From assembly GCA_964016885.1 (NCBI GenBank), contig OZ024752.1, positions 9,734,001 to 9,798,000 on the forward strand: a stretch of DNA of 64,000 nt, written 5' to 3'. The stretch's first letter is position 1. Each line of letters opens with the position of its first letter. Under the pieces are notes generated by a model. The model searched no databases. It was given only the letters and a program-made list of their open reading frames with translations, and was not told where the DNA came from. A program made the translations under genes and the position numbers. The stretch comes from Eledone cirrhosa (lineage: Eukaryota). Shown one piece after another: positions 57,878-64,000 of this stretch.

Positions 57878-59965
57878 TTCTTCTTCTTCTTCTTCTTCTT
57901 CGCCCACTTATTTCTGAGAGGGTCGTGGGGTGCAGAGTCCTCAAACACTCCTTCCAGAGGGTCCTGTCAGAAGCAACCATCTCCAACTGATCCGACTGGA
58001 TCTCCAAATGAGACCAGCAAGATCAAGGATGTTATCCAACCATCTTGCTCGGAGACAACGCCTGGCTCTCCTGCCAGTTCGTTTTGCCCGTTAAATCTTT
58101 CCACCGATTTGTTCTAGAGACATTCTAACCACATGCCCATAGTATCGGATCTGTGATCTCTCAATTCAGAGAAGTAGTGGCTCTACCTGGAGTGACTCTC
58201 CAGTAATTCTTTCCTGAGACATTCTAACCACATGCCCATAGTATCGGATCTGTGATCTCTCAATCCAGAAAAGTAGTGGCTCTTCCTGGAGTAAATCTCC
58301 AGTAATTCTTTCCTGAGACATTCTAACCACATGCCCATAGTATCGGATCTGTGATCTCTCAATTCAGAGAAGTAGTGGCTCTACCTGGAGTAAATCTCCA
58401 GTAATTCTTTCCTGAGACATTCTAACCACATGCCCATAGTATCGGATCTGTGATCTCTCAATTCAGAGAAGTAGTGGCTCTACCTGGAGTAAATCTCCAG
58501 TAATTCTTTCCTGAGACATTCTAACCACATGGCCGTAGTATCGGATCTGTGATCTCTCAATTCAGAGAAGTAGTGGCTCTACCTGGAGTAAATCTCCAGT
58601 AATTCTTTCCTGAGACATTCTAACCACATGCCCATAGTATCGGATCTGTGATCTCTCAATTCAGAGAAGTAGTGGCTCTACCTGGAGTAAATCTCCAGTA
58701 ATTCTTTCCTGAGACATTCTAACCACATGCCCATAGTATCGGATCTGTGATCTCTCAATTCAGAGAAGTAGTGGCTCTACCTGGAGTAAATCTCCAGTAA
58801 TTCTTTCCTGAGACATTCTAACCACATGCCCATAGTATCGGATCTGTGATCTCTCAATTCAGAAAAGTAGTGGCTCTTCCTGGAGTAAATCTCCAGTAAT
58901 TCTTTCCTGAGACATTCTAACCACATGCCCATAGTATCGGATCTGTGATCTCTCAATCCAGAGAAGTAGTGGCTCTACCTGGAGTAAATCTCCAGTAATT
59001 CTTTCCTGAGACATTCTAACCACATGCCCATAGTATCGGATCTGTGATCTCTCAATCCAGAAAAGTAGTGGCTCTTCCTGGAGTAAATCTCCAGTAATTC
59101 TTTCCTGAGACATTCTAACCACATGCCCATAGTATCGGATCTGTGATCTCTCAATCCAGAAAAGTAGTGGCTCTTCCTGGAGTAAATCTCCAGTAATTCT
59201 TTCCTGAGACATTCTAACCACATGCCCATAGTATCGGATCTGTGATCTCTCAATCCAGAGAAGTAGTGGCTCTACCTGGAGTAAATCTCCAGTAATTCTT
59301 TCCTGAGACATTCTAACCACATGGCCGTAGTATCGGAGCTGTGATTTCTCAATTCAGAGAAGTAGTGGCTCTACCTGGAGTAAATCTCCAGTAATTCTTT
59401 CCTGAGACATTCTAACCACATGGCCGTAGTATCGAGGCTGTGATCTCTCATTTCAGAGAAGTAGTGGCTCTACCTGCAGTGACTTTTCAGTGATTCTTTC
59501 TAGAGTCATTCTACCACATGCCCATAGTATCGGAGCTGTGATCTCTAAATTCAGAGAAATAGCAGCTCTACCTGGAGTGACTCTCCAGTGATTCTTTCCT
59601 GAGATATTAACCCCACATGCCTATAGTATCAGAGCTGTCATCTCACAATTCGGAGAAATAGTGGCTCTACCTGGAATGACTCTCCAGTAATTCTTTCCCG
59701 AGACATTCTAACCACATGTCCATAGTATCGGAGCTGTGATCTCTCAATTCAGAGATTCTTTCCTGAGACATTCTAACCCCATGTCCATAGTATCGGAGCT
59801 GTGATCTCTCAATTCAGAGATTCTTTCCTGAGACATTCTAACCCCATGCCCATAGTATCGGAGCTGTGATATCTCAATTCAGAGAAGTAGTGGCTCCACC
59901 TGGAGTGACTTTTCAGTGATTCTTTCCAGAGACATTCTAACCATATGTCCATAGTATCGGAGCAG
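57878..59965 (-). mobile_element. RTE 3' fragment whose 5' part is amplified into a 99-bp tandem array (~19 units)
   Basis: (AAG)n tail at 57878-57901 and unique 3' region to ~58115. The unit encodes EPLLLWIERSQIRYYGHVVRMSQERITGDLLQV, homologous to 40540-40640. Confidence 0.9.
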
Positions 59966-60404
59966 TTAATCGTAAATCATGCGTCCAGTTACAACTGGTA
60001 CTAAATGTATTGTCTTTCATAAATAAGTTTTAGTAATCATTTATATATATATGTATATACTGTTTTACATCATTAAATATGTTTATTTCTAGAAATCAAG
60101 GAACTGAAAATACGGTCATTAAACTCAACTTTGGTAAAAAGGAATGAATTCTAGAGAGGATTTAACCGGTAATGGGCTATACTCGGCTTTTCATCAATAT
60201 GAATTTATGGAAATAATCCAATATTTTTTAATAGATATTATTTTTGTAAATATTGAATGAGAAAAAAGACGAAGAATAATGTCAAACATTCCTGTACAGA
60301 CTATTTCGTATAAAGACTAGATAGAGAAAACTGAAATAAAAAAGAAAGACGCCATAGACACCTCCATAAATTTGGCGTTAATTTTTATATATTTTCTACG
60401 TTTG

Positions 60405-60993
60405 TATATGTATATATACCTATGTACTTATGTAAGTATGTATATGTATATATACCTATGTACTTATGTAAGTATGTATATGTATATATACCTATGTACT
60501 TATGTAAGTATGTATATGTATATATACCTATGTATTTATGTAAGTATGTATATGTATATATACCTATGTACTTATGTAAGTATGTATATATACCTATGTA
60601 TTTATGTAAGTATGTATATATACCTATGTATTTATGTAAGTATGTATATATACCTATGTATTTATGTAAGTATGTATATATACCTATGTACTTATGTAAG
60701 TATGTATATGTATATATACCTATGTATTTATGTAAGTATGTATATATACCTATGTATTTATGTAAGTATGTATATATACCTATGTACTTATGTAAGTATG
60801 TTTATATACCTATGTATTTATGTAAGTATGTATATATATATCTATGTATCTGTAAGTATATATATGTATATATACCTGTGTTTGTGTGTACGTATATATA
60901 TATATATGTGTGTATATATACCTATGTATGTGTGTAAGTATATATATGTATATATACCTATGTATTTATGTAAGTATGTATATGTATATATAC

Positions 60994-60995
<2 letters not shown>
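60405..60995. repeat. TA-derived minisatellite, 30/36-bp units
   Basis: TATATACCTATGTA(C/T)TTATGTAAGTATG(TATATG) repeated. Confidence 0.9.
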
Positions 60996-61026
<31 letters not shown>

Positions 61027-61920
61027 CATATGTATGTATATATATATAAATATATACATATATGTATAAATATATACATATATGTATATGAATAAATACA
61101 CACACACACACACACATATATATATACACACACATAATACATTCAAATACATATATATTTATGTATGAAAAAAATTATATGCATACGTATATACATACAT
61201 ATATGCATACGTATATACATACATATATACACACGCATATACATGTGGGTATGTATGTGGGTATGTATGTGGGTGTGTATGTGTGTATTTGTTTGAAATT
61301 TAAACTAAATATCTCGAGGAGTGTAATTTGCTTTTCTTTAATTTTCTCTTTGCTATTAATAGACTTTATAGAAAATAGATTTTACAAGAAAGTTCTAGAT
61401 TATTCTTAAACTTTTTACTTTTCAATATATGAAAAAAAAAATATCGCTTAAATAATAATCACTAATTGACAACAATATTGTGTTGTGTTTTAAATTATTA
61501 TATTTCACCAGCCAAAATAGTGAGCTATTCTTAGTACATTTCGGTAGCAAACGAAAATCATATTCAGGCACTTTATCGGATTTTTTTTATTCAAAAATAT
61601 TCACCAACTTACAGCTAATGTTTATATTCATTTATATTATATATTATATTATGTTATTATATTATATTATATTATATTTTGTTATATTATAGTGATGGAC
61701 GTCAGTTATGAGGCTACAAAATAATTTCAACGTACTTTACTTAAAGATTACCATATTTCTAGCCACCCCGTAAAATTAAGCTCAAATTTTGCTAATGTAT
61801 TCATAATTTTACATTAACTCGTGTTCTTTAAAATTGGTAACCGCTCAAGTAATCCGACTAACCTAAATATATATTTTTAATCTGAGCAACACACTCCAGC
61901 ATCAATAATACATATATATG

Positions 61921-62225
61921 TAAAAGGTAAACAGAAATAACACCACAATCGGTACAGTATATGGACGGGATATATTAGGTTAACGCTTGATATAGAGGCT
62001 CATAACGTTTCGGACGATAGTCTTTCATCAGAAGAAAGAATGAGAAATAAGATAGATTGAGGGGACGGGCTGGTTGGAATTGGAAAAAAAAATGTCTTTA
62101 GATAAAAATAACAGGTCCATTCATGTTGACATCTCTTGTTCCGAAGAAATTTTTTTTGGCAAAAACAGAAGCAAGCAGGAGAAAGCTCTCAACATTCGTA
62201 GTTTGTAGTTACGATGGACGTTCAG
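61921..62225 (-). mobile_element. pLTR-like element with minimal HHR (62000-62035); related copies at 62913-63290 and 63365-63395
   Basis: Minus strand CTGATGA-AAGAC-TATC-GTCC-GAAA-CG-TT (weak stem I). Shared terminus GGTAAACAGAAATAACA.CACAATCGGTACAGTATATGG. Confidence 0.55.
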
Positions 62226-62327
62226 TATATATATATATATATAACATTAATAATGATGCTGATGTTACCTAAAACGATTTATGTAACATCAGCATCTTTA
62301 TTAATGTTATATATATATATAGATATA

Positions 62328-62895
62328 TCCAGCTAACCTCAGTCTCCTCTGTGCTACTCTCGAGCTGACCCTTGGGAGGCTCCTGTACAGCTCTGAGTTC
62401 TTCATCCTCAGTGTATACTGATTAAGGTTCGGCACAATCCTCAGCATTCTCGTGTAGCACCCATCCATCATCTGAGTGAGTTTGTTGGTCAGTGTCCAAA
62501 TCTCAGACCCGTACAGCAGCACAGACTCCAATACAGCAACGAAGAGACGGATCTTCAGGTCTTCACGAAGGTCCGACTTCTACACCGATCTCAAACTGTG
62601 GCACGCCGCCCAATTCTGCTCGTCCTCTCGATCACATCATTTTCTGTGTTCCCAATCTTTGCTCCCAGATACAGATACCGACATCCAGAGTTGACACTAC
62701 ACTCAGTGCTCCTGTGGGAGCCCCTGTATGGACGCACTGGAAGAGAAAGACCAAGGCTAACATATGTTGATGCCCTAAGGACAGACACTGGTCTCTTGGA
62801 GACGCAGGACATGGCAGTGATAATGAGGGACAGGGACCGCTGGAGAGAACTTGATCATGGATCTCGGGAATTTTACCCGCCCTAGATAGATAGAT
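62328..62895. mobile_element. RTE/RTE-X LINE 3' fragment with 5' inversion
   Basis: Minus 62328-62675: YLGAKIG...ESVLLYGSEIWTLT...DGCYTRMLR...RRLRLAG. Plus 62676-62885: RHPEL...LLWEP...GRERPRLTYVDAL...MRDRDRW. (TAGA)n tail. Confidence 0.85.
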
Positions 62896-63290
62896 ATACA
62901 CATGTATGTATCTAAATGGTAAACAGAAATAACAACACAATCGGTACAGTATATGGCAGGAATATATTAGCTTAACACTTGAAATAGCAGGAAGACTGTA
63001 TTAATGTTTCGGACGGCTAGTTCTTGGTCATAAGAAGGAATGAGAAATTAGAAAGATTGAAGAGACGAGCGGGGTGAAACTGAAAGAATTTTTTTTTAGG
63101 ATGAAGGTACTGGGGTAAGAGAGAAATAGGCGGATGAGAAGAAGAAGGTGGAAGTAAGAGAGTATAGTGGAGGAAAGGTGAGAGAGAGTCGAGGTGTATT
63201 TAAATACTTCAAGATGTAAAGACATTATCAGTGATACGAAAAGCTTTCCTGGTGCAAAATCCAACGAATTTGAGAGGTCCACGTAAGCGT

Positions 63291-63360
<70 letters not shown>

Positions 63361-63394
63361 ATGTAAAAGGTAAACAGAAATAACAACAAAATCA

Positions 63395-63444
<50 letters not shown>

Positions 63445-63479
63445 GCAATCAGTGTGTATATATATATATATAATATATC

Positions 63480-63665
63480 GGGATGTATTCAGTTTGAAAC
63501 TGGTTAGACCATTACTCAGAAGAATACTCGATACTTGGGGTAGCAGAGTATGTTTATATTATGAAGAGTCGGACCTCGACGGCTGAGCACTTTGCGTTTC
63601 AACAGCTAGTTCCAGCATGAACTAGCTGTTGAAACGACAAGAGTTGAGCCCTCCGGCCCGACGGG
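63480..63665. mobile_element. Diverged family B hairpin-capped repeat
   Basis: GACCAT...TACTC.ATACTT.GGGTAG.AGAGT...GAGT.GGACC.CGACGGCTGAGC as in 4876-4984. Arms 63595-63612/63619-63636. Confidence 0.65.
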
Positions 63666-64000
63666 TGTGTTTGTGTATATACACACATAAGCCGAAACCA
63701 CTTGGTACCGCGGTCGGGATTTACCTATCTCTATACCTACTCTTACATGATTAGTGATCTCCCGGGATCAGCACCGCAGACTCCCTCCTGCCTTCGCCGA
63801 AATATAGTCAAATTATTAAAACTTATATATAACTCTTTATATACAGACAAAGGGCCGTAACTCTATGCTGCAAAACGTGGATCCGACGCTCTACCGATAC
63901 TGAGAAATGATAAAGAGAGAAAAGAGGTTTCTCCAAAAATGTTATTTTCTCAAAATGAGTCAACACGTGTCTATATGAAGATATATGGTTAAGTTTTAAT

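Overview
Eukaryotic, very AT-rich, gene-poor DNA, most likely an octopod cephalopod (inferred from an abundant octopus-type tRNA-derived SINE). No host protein-coding gene can be supported, and most long ORFs in the track are artefacts of kilobase-scale (TA)n arrays. The window is a nest of retroelements. It holds four Penelope-like elements (PLEs): three Naiad-type, one of them almost intact at 8929-12079, and one Neptune-type GIY-YIG fragment. It also has a nearly intact RTE LINE with three C-terminal C2H2 fingers (16428-20608), CR1-group and RTE/RTE-X fragments, more than ten SINE copies, a mariner relic and several retroelement-derived tandem arrays. The most striking unannotated structure is a dense population of short (70-600 bp) non-coding fold-back elements sitting in or beside (TA)n tracts. 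Most carry type I hammerhead ribozyme (HHR) cores whose stem III is a family-specific palindrome, and several match the 3' pseudo-LTRs (pLTRs) of PLEs in the same window. The giant (TA)n arrays also show strand-polarised G versus C interruptions. Coordinates were read by eye and may be off by a few bases. Family and clade names come from motif recognition, not database searches.
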